NCBI GenBank assembly: GCA_965656495.1
Contig: CBFHKU010000016.1
Location: 1 to 25,998 of the forward strand
From: Coraliomargaritaceae bacterium
GTDB taxonomy: Bacteria; Verrucomicrobiota; Verrucomicrobiia; Opitutales; Coraliomargaritaceae
Reading direction: 5' to 3'
Length of the DNA stretch: 25,998 nucleotides
Shown here: piece after piece, positions 10,358 to 19,497 of the stretch
Position numbering within the stretch: position 1 is the first letter of the stretch
Layout: each line of letters starts with the position of its first letter
Position numbers and translations under genes: made by a program
The notes under the pieces: generated by a model
Told to the model about the DNA's origin: nothing
Seen by the model: the letters and a program-made list of their open reading frames with translations, nothing else
Database searches by the model: none

Positions 10358-10671
10358 TCCCCGGCGAATACAAGTACTCCGATCCCGAAGCCCGCCTCTC
10401 CGGAAATACCGGGCTTGAAACCCGCACCGTGGCGGTGACGCATTCCGGGGATCGTCCCGTGCAGGTAGGCAGTCATTTTCATTTTTATGAAGTGAACGAA
10501 GCGCTGGAATTTGACCGCGCTGCGGCACGGGGGTTTCGTTTGAACATCGCCGCGGGAACCGCGGTGCGCTTTGAGCCGGGTGATCAGCGTGAGGTGGAAC
10601 TGGTGGCGCTCGCCGGCACCCGTGAAGTCTATGGCCTCAATAACAAAATCGACGCGCCGCTCGATTCCTGA
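10354..10671 (+). CDS. ureB: Urease beta subunit
   Basis: MIPGE...[17 protein letters not shown]...[13 protein letters not shown] overlap with ureA. Confidence 0.98.
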   Translation: MIPGEYKYSDPEARLSGNTGLETRTVAVTHSGDRPVQVGSHFHFYEVNEALEFDRAAARGFRLNIAAGTAVRFEPGDQREVELVALAGTREVYGLNNKIDAPLDS

Positions 10672-10694
10672 ACTTTTAAAAACGACCCTAAGCT

Positions 10695-12428
10695 ATGAGC
10701 CTCGAATTTACCCGCCGTCAATACGCTGAAATGTTTGGTCCCACTGTAGGCGACCAAGTCCGACTCGCCGATACCGAGCTTTTTATTGAAGTGGAACGCG
10801 ACCTCATCGCGGAGTCCGGCGGTTACGGCAACGAGGTGAAATTTGGCGGCGGCAAAGTCATTCGCGACGGAATGGGGCAATCGCCGCTCGCGCAGGGCGC
10901 GGACTCGCTGGATCTCGTCATCACCAATGCCACCATCATCGATCCGGTGCTGGGAGTCATCAAGGCCGACATCGGGGTGAAAGACGGGCGCATCGCGGGC
11001 GTGGGGCATGCCGGCAATCCCCTGATACAATCCGGTATCAGTGAAGGGATGGTGATCGGCGCGGGCACGGAAGTCATCGCGGGGGAGGGTCATATCGTGA
11101 CGGCCGGTGGTTTTGATTCCCACATTCATTTTATTTGTCCCCAACAAATTGAGGAAGCGCTCGCGAGCGGGGTGACGACCATGACGGGGGGCGGGACCGG
11201 TCCGGCGACCGGAACGAATGCCACCACCTGTACCCCCGGCGCCTGGAACATCGCCAAAATGCTGGAGGCCGCGGAAGCCTTTCCCATGAACCTGGGTTTT
11301 ATGGGCAAGGGCAACGCCTCCAATCACGAGGCCCTCCGCGAGCAGGTGCGGGCGGGTGCGATGGGTCTCAAACTCCATGAAGACTGGGGCACCACTCCGA
11401 GCGCCATCGACCACTGCCTCAGCGTCGCCGACGAACTCGATATACAGGTCGCGATTCACACCGACACCCTCAACGAATCCGGCTTTGTGGAAACGACCAT
11501 CGCGGCGTTTAAAGACCGGGTCATCCACACCTTCCACTCGGAGGGCGCCGGGGGCGGACATGCTCCCGATATTATGAAGGTCTGCAGTCTCCCGAATGTC
11601 CTGCCATCCTCAACCAATCCCACCCGGCCCTTTACCGTCAATACCATCGACGAGCACCTCGACATGCTCATGGTATGCCACCACCTCGACTCCAGAATTC
11701 CCGAGGATGTCGCTTTTGCGGAATCCCGCATCCGCCCGCAAACCATTGCGGCGGAGGACATCCTCCATGACCGCGGCGCGATTTCGATCATGTCCAGCGA
11801 CAGCCAGGCGATGGGTCGGGTCGGAGAGGTCATCATCCGTACCTGGCAGACCGCCGATAAAATGAAGCGCCAGTTCGGGAAGTTGGAATCTGACGCGCAT
11901 CCCGCTGCCGACAATTTCCGGGTCCTGCGTTACATTGCAAAATACACCCTCAATCCCGCGATCGCCTGTGGTTGCGCTGCGGAAGTTGGGAGCCTGGAAG
12001 TCGGGAAGCTCGCCGACCTCGTGCTCTTCAAGCCGGCGCTCTTTGGAGTGAAGCCGGAGCTCGTCCTGAAGGGCGGCTTCATTGCGCTCGCCAATATGGG
12101 CGATCCCAACGCTTCCATCCCGACGCCGCAGCCGATGTTCTACCGTCCGCAGTTTGGATCTTTTGGGAAGGCCACCGCGCGCACCGCCATTACTTTCCTC
12201 AGCCAAGCGGCGCTCGATGCCGGAATCGGGGAGCAACTCGGTCTCGAAAAAATCCTGCGCCCGGTGCAAAACACCCGCACCATTTCCAAACACGATATGT
12301 TGCTGAACGATGCCTTGCCCGAGATTGAGATCGATCCCGAAACCTACACGGTGCGTGCCGACGGCGAAATCCTCACCTGCGAACCGGCAACGGTGCTTCC
12401 CATGGCGCAACGCTATTTTCTCTTCTAA
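10695..12428 (+). CDS. ureC: Urease alpha (catalytic, Ni-binding) subunit
   Basis: [60 protein letters not shown], ending PMAQRYFLF. Confidence 0.99.
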   Translation: MSLEFTRRQYAEMFGPTVGDQVRLADTELFIEVERDLIAESGGYGNEVKFGGGKVIRDGMGQSPLAQGADSLDLVITNATIIDPVLGVIKADIGVKDGRIAGVGHAGNPLIQSGISEGMVIGAGTEVIAGEGHIVTAGGFDSHIHFICPQQIEEALASGVTTMTGGGTGPATGTNATTCTPGAWNIAKMLEAAEAFPMNLGFMGKGNASNHEALREQVRAGAMGLKLHEDWGTTPSAIDHCLSVADELDIQVAIHTDTLNESGFVETTIAAFKDRVIHTFHSEGAGGGHAPDIMKVCSLPNVLPSSTNPTRPFTVNTIDEHLDMLMVCHHLDSRIPEDVAFAESRIRPQTIAAEDILHDRGAISIMSSDSQAMGRVGEVIIRTWQTADKMKRQFGKLESDAHPAADNFRVLRYIAKYTLNPAIACGCAAEVGSLEVGKLADLVLFKPALFGVKPELVLKGGFIALANMGDPNASIPTPQPMFYRPQFGSFGKATARTAITFLSQAALDAGIGEQLGLEKILRPVQNTRTISKHDMLLNDALPEIEIDPETYTVRADGEILTCEPATVLPMAQRYFLF

Positions 12429-12442
12429 AAATCCCTCTCCCC

Positions 12443-12901
12443 ATGTTGCACATCACCGAAGCCTTGTCTCCCGTCCCCGAGGGAACCCGCGTGAGCGTGT
12501 GTGTCGACCGTCACCAGTTGGCGCGTCGTCGTTGGCGCGGCACCGCCGAGGACGGAACGGAGTTTGGGATCGATGTAGTTGAGGCGCTCCGTCATGGCGA
12601 TGCGATTCATGCCTGCGGGGATAAAGTTTACTGTATTGAACAAAGCGCCGAGGGTTGTTGCCTCGTGCCCCTCAAGCAAGCGCCGGACGCTGCCCATCTC
12701 GGTTGGCGGATTGGCAACCTCCATTTTAAGGCGGCTTTCTCGGAGGAGGGGATTCTTGTCTCTGACGATTCGGCGGTGGTGCAGATGCTCGAGCGCGAGG
12801 GGATTCCCTTCACGCGGGTGCAACGTATTTTTCAACCGGCCCGGCAGGGGGGCCATTCTCACCACCATGACCACGCGCACGCGCATGAGCACGAGCACTG
12901 A
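12443..12901 (+). CDS. ureE: Urease accessory Ni metallochaperone
   Basis: RRRWRG, LRHGD, GWRIGNLH motif and C-terminal tail [15 protein letters not shown]. Confidence 0.92.
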   Translation: MLHITEALSPVPEGTRVSVCVDRHQLARRRWRGTAEDGTEFGIDVVEALRHGDAIHACGDKVYCIEQSAEGCCLVPLKQAPDAAHLGWRIGNLHFKAAFSEEGILVSDDSAVVQMLEREGIPFTRVQRIFQPARQGGHSHHHDHAHAHEHEH

Positions 12902-13613
12902 GACAGCGCCACTGCAGGGTGATGCCGATTGGGTGCCTGCCCTGCTTCAGATCAGTGACCCGCTCTTTCCCACCGGTGCCTACGCCCATTCGATGGGCTT
13001 GGAGGAATGGGCGGCGACCTGTGGCTACCGGGACGCCGAAGATTTAATGGCTTTTTTTCGCAACCATGCCGGGCCGGCGCTCGCCGCTTGGGAATTGCCC
13101 TACCTGCGCTTTACCCGCAGCGCCCTTGCTGCTTCCTCCGGTTTGGATGCGGTGCTGGAAATTGAGGCGGAAGTCGATGCGTTTAAATGGGCGGCAGAAA
13201 TCCGAGAGGCGAGCATTGCGCAGGGTCGGGGGCGCTTGCGTCTCCTGCAGAAGCTCTGGCCCGGCGATGCGGCCCTCGCCGCTTACAAGACCGCCTTTGC
13301 GGAGGGTCGCGCCCGAGGGCACCACCTCGTGGTCTCGGCCTATCAATTTGAATTACTCCAAGTTCCGCTCCGCGCGGGGCTGATGGCATACGCGTACCAA
13401 AGCCTCGCAAATTTTGTCTCGGCCTCGGTGAAACTCCTGCGCATCAGTCCGGAGTCCGCGCAAGTGGCGCTCCGCGATGGATTGGAGCGTTTGCCTGCCT
13501 GGGTGGATGCCGCTCTGGAGGTTGAACGCGCCGAAGCGGGTTGGTTTGCGCCCGCCTTCGATATTGCCGCAGCGCGTCATGCCTCTAGTTTTTCACGACT
13601 CTTTATATCCTGA
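12885..13613 (+). CDS. ureF: Urease accessory protein
   Basis: [21 protein letters not shown], ending SRLFIS; ATG 12885 overlaps the ureE tail. Confidence 0.93.
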   Translation: MSTSTETAPLQGDADWVPALLQISDPLFPTGAYAHSMGLEEWAATCGYRDAEDLMAFFRNHAGPALAAWELPYLRFTRSALAASSGLDAVLEIEAEVDAFKWAAEIREASIAQGRGRLRLLQKLWPGDAALAAYKTAFAEGRARGHHLVVSAYQFELLQVPLRAGLMAYAYQSLANFVSASVKLLRISPESAQVALRDGLERLPAWVDAALEVERAEAGWFAPAFDIAAARHASSFSRLFIS

Positions 13614-13626
13614 AATCTGCTTAACT

Positions 13627-14256
13627 ATGACTGAAAAAACTCCCATTCGTCCCGTCCGTGTCGGTATCGGTGGCCCGGTTGGTTCCGGAAAAACGATGCT
13701 GCTCCTGCGCCTCATCGAGGTTCTCAAAGACCGTTACTCGCTGGTCGCGATCACCAATGATATTTATACGAAGGAAGACGAGCAATTCCTCGTGCGCAAC
13801 AGCGTCCTCGAAGCGAGCCGTATTTTGGGTGTCGAAACAGGAGGCTGTCCACATACTGCGATCCGTGACGACACCAGCATCAACGAAGTGGCGGTGGAGG
13901 ATTTGCTCCAACGGCATCCCGATACACAGGTGGTGCTCATGGAAAGTGGCGGCGATAACCTCTCCGCAACCTTCTCGCCCGATTTGGTGGACACCTTCAT
14001 CTACATCATCGACGTCGCGGAGGGTGATAAAATTCCCCGCAAGGGCGGGCCTGCGATTCGTTACTCCGATCTCCTCATCATCAACAAGACCGAACTGGCG
14101 CCGCACGTCGGGGCCGATCTCGCCGTGATGGAACGGGACTCAAAGGCGATGCGCGGTGAGCGCCCCTTCCTTTTTTGTGACCTTAAATCCTACCAGGGGC
14201 TGGAGGCATTGGTGGAATGGCTCGAGAAAGAAAGCTTCTTTCCGCTCAATTCCTGA
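13627..14256 (+). CDS. ureG: Urease accessory GTPase
   Basis: [48 protein letters not shown] and INKT. Confidence 0.97.
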   Translation: MTEKTPIRPVRVGIGGPVGSGKTMLLLRLIEVLKDRYSLVAITNDIYTKEDEQFLVRNSVLEASRILGVETGGCPHTAIRDDTSINEVAVEDLLQRHPDTQVVLMESGGDNLSATFSPDLVDTFIYIIDVAEGDKIPRKGGPAIRYSDLLIINKTELAPHVGADLAVMERDSKAMRGERPFLFCDLKSYQGLEALVEWLEKESFFPLNS

Positions 14257-15116
14257 TGCCGGATCCCGGAACAAAGCCCGCCTCGGCACGGGTTGCGGTT
14301 TGCGGCGGAGCGCGTCTGCGATTCGCGACCCGCGATGGGGTCGGGACGCGTCTCTTGGAGCAAAGGGTGCGACCGCCCTTGCACCTTGCAAAAGCATACC
14401 ATGAAAACGACTGGGCGATCAGTCTCTTGACGAGTCCAACCGCAGGGCTATTGGAAGGGGATGCCCTGAATATCGATACCGAGCTTGGGCCCGGTTCCCG
14501 CGCCGCCCTCATCAGTCCGGCGGCGTGTCGCGTTCACACCATGACCGATGGGGTCGCGCGTATTCAGCAAAAATATTCCCTCGCGGCAGGCTCCGCCCTC
14601 GATGTTTGGCCCGCCCCCCTCGTGCTGCAAAAAGACGCGGCCCTCCATCAGGAAACCGAGATTGATTGTGCCGCCGATGCGACCCTGTTTTTTACCGAGA
14701 TCCTTGCGCCCGGTCGCGCCGCCCACGGCGAATCCTTTCAATTCCGGGAATGGCGATCCCGCCTCCGCCTCCGCCGCGCCGGTCAACTCGTGGCATTTGA
14801 AAATTTCCGTTGTTCCCCCGAAGCGGGTGAGCCCGCGGATTGGCGGCAACATTATCCCCAAGGCCTCTACGCCAGCATCTACTATTTGAGCCCCCAGTCA
14901 TACGGAACCTCGGTGGAAGCCTTGCACCAGCTCGACATTGCAGAGGCGACCATCGGCGCGAGCCCGCTCCGCGAAGGCGGAATCGCCATCAAGATTTTAG
15001 CAGCGAGCGGCATCCAATTGCGGCGCAGCATTTTAGCGGTTCGTGAGCTGCTTATCCCGCAAACCGGTCTGGGCTTCCCGCCCGCACTGCAACGCGCCCA
15101 GACTTTTTTCTACTAG
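14256..15116 (+). CDS. ureD: Urease accessory protein UreD/UreH
   Basis: PPLHL, SPTAGLLEGD, EILAPGRAAHGESF; TGATG coupling to ureG; last gene of the operon. Confidence 0.88.
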   Translation: MPDPGTKPASARVAVCGGARLRFATRDGVGTRLLEQRVRPPLHLAKAYHENDWAISLLTSPTAGLLEGDALNIDTELGPGSRAALISPAACRVHTMTDGVARIQQKYSLAAGSALDVWPAPLVLQKDAALHQETEIDCAADATLFFTEILAPGRAAHGESFQFREWRSRLRLRRAGQLVAFENFRCSPEAGEPADWRQHYPQGLYASIYYLSPQSYGTSVEALHQLDIAEATIGASPLREGGIAIKILAASGIQLRRSILAVRELLIPQTGLGFPPALQRAQTFFY

Positions 15117-15168
15117 CGGCGGCGAGATCGAACCCGACCGCTTCAAAAATTGCGAGGATAGGGCGCTT

Positions 15169-15606
15169 TTAATCCAGCGCTTCCCAATCCGCGAACATCG
15201 CGGCTTGTCCGACCACCGCGCCTACCGCGTCCAGTAAATTCCAGACCCGCGCCCCCGCGATTTGAAAGCGCCGGCCGCTCGCGCTCACCCGCACCCCGCC
15301 GTAATTATCTGCGCAACCCCGTTCCGCCACCGCTTTAAGGAACCGTTCCCGTTCCTCCCGGTGCAGCGGTTCCGCCGAGCAACGCGAGGGCAGGGCGGTC
15401 AGGGCATCCCAATCCATCTCAAACAAGGCCTGCGCCGCGGCATTCCCGTAATTAAAAACCGGATCCGCCTCCGTCCCGTGCGACAATACCACGAAATCCG
15501 CCGCCATCAACGCCGCCGCTTCACCCGCACCCCGCGCCACCAAATCCTCCCCAAAACAACGGCGGTAATTGTCCAATAACAACTCAGTGTGCGCGGAAAG
15601 ATCCAT
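15169..15606 (-). CDS. Stand-alone MEKHLA (PAS-like) domain protein
   Basis: FVVLSHGTEADPVFNYGNAAAQALFE, LPSRCSAEP, YGGVRVSASGRRF, ARVWNL and GQAAMF. Confidence 0.9.
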   Translation of the reverse strand: MDLSAHTELLLDNYRRCFGEDLVARGAGEAAALMAADFVVLSHGTEADPVFNYGNAAAQALFEMDWDALTALPSRCSAEPLHREERERFLKAVAERGCADNYGGVRVSASGRRFQIAGARVWNLLDAVGAVVGQAAMFADWEALD

Positions 15607-15710
15607 CCCCTAAACCCTCCGCATCCACCATCGAAGTGCAACCGTTTTTGTGGGCCAATGAGAAGCACCGTGCTGCGTACGCGTAAAACGCAGTCTGAAT
15701 GCTGGGGTCG

Positions 15711-15852
15711 CTAGGCCTTGCGGTATTTGTGTAGGATTTCGCGGGGGATGTGACAGGGGTCGTCGGGGCAGCGGCTCAAGCGGTTCTGGTGTTCGGGGGC
15801 GCTTTTGAGGTAATGGGTGAGGGGTGCGATTTCGAGGGCGATTTGTGCGGCG
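15711..15852 (-). pseudogene. msrA: Orphan duplicate of the msrA 3' end
   Basis: 15718-15852 matches 17022-17156 over 135 bp with 3 mismatches; TAG stop at the same offset (YRKA* versus YRND*). Confidence 0.93.
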
Positions 15853-15888
15853 CAAACGGAAGTGGATGACGGGGAGGGCGGAAAGCTG

Positions 15889-16218
15889 ATGACCTGGCGT
15901 TTTGAATCGACTTGCACCACGCCGGCAACGGTGCGCACGACCACCACGCACCACACCAATAGTCACGGTCGGGTGCATGGCAACAGTCACACTCACGCGC
16001 ACCATACCGCCACGCAACACGTGGTGCACGGGCAAACGCACCACAGCCACAGCCATTACCATGGCAACAATCAGGTCAATACTCACGGTAATCAAGTGAG
16101 CACCACGACCTTCACGCCTGAGACCACGACCACGAATACCTACACCCGTTCCTTTTATACTGACCCAGACGGTTACATTTATGACTTCGCCTGGAAGGGT
16201 TGGCACCCAAGTTACTGA
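15889..16218 (+). CDS. His/Thr-rich small protein; possibly the 5'-truncated remnant of a longer gene
   Basis: 109 aa from ATG 15889 (GGAGGG upstream), 17 His. The frame stays open upstream (QTEVDDGEGGKL) to the msrA-duplicate junction at 15852. Confidence 0.55.
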   Translation: MTWRFESTCTTPATVRTTTTHHTNSHGRVHGNSHTHAHHTATQHVVHGQTHHSHSHYHGNNQVNTHGNQVSTTTFTPETTTTNTYTRSFYTDPDGYIYDFAWKGWHPSY

Positions 16219-16318
16219 GTTGGATTCGGCACAGCTTTCAGCGTTTTCATAGCCAAGCCGAACAAATCGAGTCATTGGGTTAATCCGTCTCGTTGGGTAA
16301 AGTTTTGATGATTTGTTA

Positions 16319-16347
16319 TTGACGCAGAATGACTGGTCATAAACACT
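16319..16347 (+). promoter_or_regulatory. TA promoter with palindromic operator
   Basis: TTGACG (16319)-17 bp-AACACT (16342); ATGAC-TG-GTCAT palindrome at 16329-16340 in the spacer; ATG follows after 7 nt. Confidence 0.55.
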
Positions 16348-16354
16348 AGTTATT

Positions 16355-16579
16355 ATGCAAATAACGGTGACGGAATTCAAGGCAAAGTGTCTGCGCCTCA
16401 TTGATGAGGTCAGTAAGACCGGTTCAGTGCTGGAGATTTCAAAGCATGGCAAGCCAGTGGCGAAAATCGTGCCGATCCAAGCAGAACGACCCTGGGAGCA
16501 ACTGCGTGGTGTGGGTCGTTTCAAGGGCGATGCCATGGCACCGGTAATCTCAAGCGCGGAGATTGAAGCACTGAAGTAA
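16355..16579 (+). CDS. Phd/YefM family antitoxin
   Basis: MQITVTEFKAKCLRLIDEV...ISKHGKPVAKIVP; 74 aa; TAATG overlap with the toxin gene. Confidence 0.92.
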   Translation: MQITVTEFKAKCLRLIDEVSKTGSVLEISKHGKPVAKIVPIQAERPWEQLRGVGRFKGDAMAPVISSAEIEALK

Positions 16580-16983
16580 TGGATGCTCCGCTGCTTGATA
16601 CCCATGTTTGGCTTTGGTGGCTCCTAGGTGATGCACGTCTCGGCGCGCGTGAGGCTGAGTATCTGGACAAGCTGCCAGCGGATAACCGCCCCTATCTTTC
16701 TGATATTAGTTTATGGGAGGCGGCGCTTCTGGTGGATCGTGGGCGCCTGCAATTGGATCAACCGCTGGAAGACTTTCTGGGAATCGCGGGCTCACCAGCC
16801 ACCGTGCAGCTTTGTCGAATCGATCTTGCCACAGTGGTTGAGATGAACGCTCTTCCAGAGAGCTTCCACCGCGACCCCGCAGATCGTATCATTGTCGCGA
16901 CGGCGCGTGCCAGAGGTTTGAAATTGGCCAGTTTCGACCGATTGATTCTCGATTCGCGATTGGCTGAACCCTGGCGTTTGTAA
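16579..16983 (+). CDS. vapC: VapC/PIN-domain toxin
   Basis: LLDTHVWLWW, SDISLWE, HRDPADRIIVATA and SFD. Confidence 0.93.
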   Translation: MDAPLLDTHVWLWWLLGDARLGAREAEYLDKLPADNRPYLSDISLWEAALLVDRGRLQLDQPLEDFLGIAGSPATVQLCRIDLATVVEMNALPESFHRDPADRIIVATARARGLKLASFDRLILDSRLAEPWRL

Positions 16984-17014
16984 GTCCGGTCGCAGCGGGC
17001 TTTGAGTGATTCTG

Positions 17015-17503
17015 CTAATCGTTGCGGTATTTGTGTAGGATTTCGCGGGGGATGTGACAGGGGTCGCCGGGGCAGCGGCTCAAGCGGTCCTGGTGTTCGG
17101 GGGCGCTTTTGAGGTAATGGGTGAGGGGCGCGATTTCGAGGGCGATTTGTGCGGCGTCGGGGCGTGCTGCGATGCAGGCGCGGGCTGCTTCGAGATGGGC
17201 GGGGTCGCGGCTATAGATTCCGGTGCGGTATTTTTTGCCGGTATCGGGGCCCTGCCGGTCGTGGCTGTAGGGGTCGATGATTTCAAAGAGGTATTCGATG
17301 CAATCCGCGACCGTGATTTGATTGGGGTCGAAGGTGATGCGCACGCACTCGGCATAGCCGTCGTAGGGGCCGTCAAGGGTTTGAGTGGTGCCATTGGCGC
17401 GGCCCGCCTCGGTGGCGAGCACCCCGGGGAGATGACGCACGAATTCCTGTACGCCCCAAAGACAGCCGCCCGCTAAAAAGATTTCCTGTGGTGCCTGATC
17501 CAA
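17015..17503 (-). CDS. msrA: Peptide-methionine (S)-S-oxide reductase
   Basis: AGGCLWG (variant of GCFWG), GYAECVRITFD, RQGPDTGKKYRTGIY, APEHQD and CHI; TTG start. Confidence 0.9.
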   Translation of the reverse strand: MDQAPQEIFLAGGCLWGVQEFVRHLPGVLATEAGRANGTTQTLDGPYDGYAECVRITFDPNQITVADCIEYLFEIIDPYSHDRQGPDTGKKYRTGIYSRDPAHLEAARACIAARPDAAQIALEIAPLTHYLKSAPEHQDRLSRCPGDPCHIPREILHKYRND

Positions 17504-17519
17504 TGTTCCGTATGCCTCT

Positions 17520-17552
17520 ATTGTTAACCTAAGAAATAAATCACTTAATAAT
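17520..17552. promoter_or_regulatory. Candidate BirA (biotin repressor) operator
   Basis: ATTGTTAAC-N15-CTTAATAAT versus consensus wwTGTtAAC-N15-GTTaACAww; left arm perfect, right arm 7/9; upstream of a bioP-like operon. Confidence 0.45.
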
Positions 17553-17588
17553 TGAAATTTCGATTTCTTTCATGCAAAAGCTTTAAGC

Positions 17589-19472
17589 ATGACTAGCAAA
17601 ACATCTTTTAAGTCTATTTTCCTTTTCACCTGCGCCCTCGTGGCGGGTTTGAGCGGTGCCGAGCCCGAGACCGCGAATGAGGATTCCGAGATTTATATGC
17701 TGCCGACCCTAACGGTGCGGGGGCAGGAGACTGCGAATGTGCTGCCCGCATCGACCTTTGAATCGGTCGTTTCGAATCTCGATTTTGATCCGCGCATTGA
17801 TTTCCAGTCGCGCAACATGGCGGAGGCGCAGGGGGACGTCAGTATTCGCGGGGGGATTTTTGAGGGCACCGGACTCCAGGTTGGGGCGGCGACCCTGCTG
17901 GATCCGCAGACGGGGCATTACAGCACAGAGTTGCCGATCGCGCCGGAGATGTTGGGTGAGCCCAAAGTGCTTACAGGGGCGGATAACGCCCTTTATGGAT
18001 TCAATAGCACCGCCGGTACGCTATCGTATCAATGGAGTGAAATGACTCCCGGTGGAAGTGTCACCCTCGGCGGCGGTGAGAATCAACTCAACTTTCAACG
18101 TTTACACAGTGCCTGGGTTGAGCCCCTCCACGCTGATGGCAAATGGAAATGGGGTTATGAGGCGGAATATTCCCGTTCTGAAAGTGATGGCACGGCGGAG
18201 TATAGCGATCACGACTTCAGTCGTGTCTCTGTAAGGGTGCAGTTGGTGGGACCTCACTCCCAGACGGATTTATTTGCGGGTTACCAATCGAAGTTCTTTG
18301 GTCAATTCGGGATGTATACCGGGGAGCAATACCTTAGCTATAGCCCTTACGAAACTGAATACATCAAAACACGTTTATTTATTCTAAACCACCAGCAGGA
18401 CTACGCCGAAGGCAGTAAGTGGCAAGCCACTGCCTACTATCGTAAGAATGGCGACCATTACATCTTCAATCGCTTTGCGCCGAACAATACCTTTGTGCAT
18501 GAGACTGAAGTTGGTGCTTTGGGGCTGTCGGGACTCCATGCCCTCGATGCTCCGTTTGCCCTGAATTACAGCCTTCAGCTTACACATGATTCAATTGAAT
18601 CCAATACCTTGGAAGCCGGTAATTTTACGAGTCGCAGCTACTACAAACTGAGCCTGGTGCCGCAATATCGCCACGTTTTGAATGGGCAGCGGGAGCTTCT
18701 TTTCAAAGCGGGACTCTCGGTAGACGACACGAACCGGGATGCCTCGGAGTGGTCACCTATTGCGGAAATTAGCCTTCTCACCGACCGGGGCATGGGCAAA
18801 TCCGAGCGGCTCCACCTGTCCTATGCCAAGACCACTCAAGTTGTAGGCTATGGGGCAATTGGTGGCAGTGAAACCAGCGGACTGTTTCGCAGTAAGCATG
18901 ATTTGCTCCGCGAAACTGCTCAAAATTTGGAACTCGGCTATTCCCTGAATCGACCCCGATGGAGCTTTGATGGCGCTATTTTCTATCGATGGGATAAGGA
19001 TTTAGTGGATTGGACGTATGCGGGGGTGGGGGCACGCTCCGCTGAAAACATGGACCTCGAAACCTTCGGCATCGAGCTGATCGGCTCGAGGCGCTGGGAC
19101 GCGATTGAAGCGATTGCGAGCTATACCTACCTCGACAAGGACGAAAGCTACGGCAACGCAAGCGTTGACGCGAGCTTCTACGCCCTGAACTACGCGAAGC
19201 ATCGCATCACCCTCGGGGCGATCTGGACGCCGAATGAGATCCTTGAGTTGCGGATCGACAACGAGTGGCGCAATCAGGAAGCCAATGCGCTTCGCAGTAG
19301 TGATAATGAAGCGCTCTTCACGCATATCGGCCTTAGTGTTTTCCCGCCCGAGTTCGATAATTTAGAGCTCTTCGCGGCCTACGACAACGCCTGGGATGAC
19401 GACTATCAGGATGTGCCCGGCACCCCCGGCAGAGGGAGTCAGCTTTCCTGCGGTGCGATTTATCGTTGGTAA
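17589..19472 (+). CDS. TonB-dependent outer-membrane receptor
   Basis: Signal peptide, TonB-box-like LPTLTVRG, plug motif QGDVSIRGG...DPQTGH, PGTPGR near the end and terminal YRW. Confidence 0.9.
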   Translation: MTSKTSFKSIFLFTCALVAGLSGAEPETANEDSEIYMLPTLTVRGQETANVLPASTFESVVSNLDFDPRIDFQSRNMAEAQGDVSIRGGIFEGTGLQVGAATLLDPQTGHYSTELPIAPEMLGEPKVLTGADNALYGFNSTAGTLSYQWSEMTPGGSVTLGGGENQLNFQRLHSAWVEPLHADGKWKWGYEAEYSRSESDGTAEYSDHDFSRVSVRVQLVGPHSQTDLFAGYQSKFFGQFGMYTGEQYLSYSPYETEYIKTRLFILNHQQDYAEGSKWQATAYYRKNGDHYIFNRFAPNNTFVHETEVGALGLSGLHALDAPFALNYSLQLTHDSIESNTLEAGNFTSRSYYKLSLVPQYRHVLNGQRELLFKAGLSVDDTNRDASEWSPIAEISLLTDRGMGKSERLHLSYAKTTQVVGYGAIGGSETSGLFRSKHDLLRETAQNLELGYSLNRPRWSFDGAIFYRWDKDLVDWTYAGVGARSAENMDLETFGIELIGSRRWDAIEAIASYTYLDKDESYGNASVDASFYALNYAKHRITLGAIWTPNEILELRIDNEWRNQEANALRSSDNEALFTHIGLSVFPPEFDNLELFAAYDNAWDDDYQDVPGTPGRGSQLSCGAIYRW

Positions 19473-19497
19473 TCCATACTGCGTTTAAGAAGGGACC

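Noticed and set aside
1700..12410. Long antisense ORFs (1700-2665, 8525-9601, 10629-11561, 11610-12410)
   Set aside because: Shadow frames opposite well-supported GC-rich genes (pgm, urtDE, ureC).
12579..12884. 102-aa N-terminal extension of UreF
   Set aside because: It lies inside ureE in another frame; UreF similarity begins after ATG 12885.
15610..16605. 331-aa minus-strand ORF
   Set aside because: Runs antisense across the antitoxin and the His-rich ORF and out of frame through the msrA duplicate; no coherent domain.
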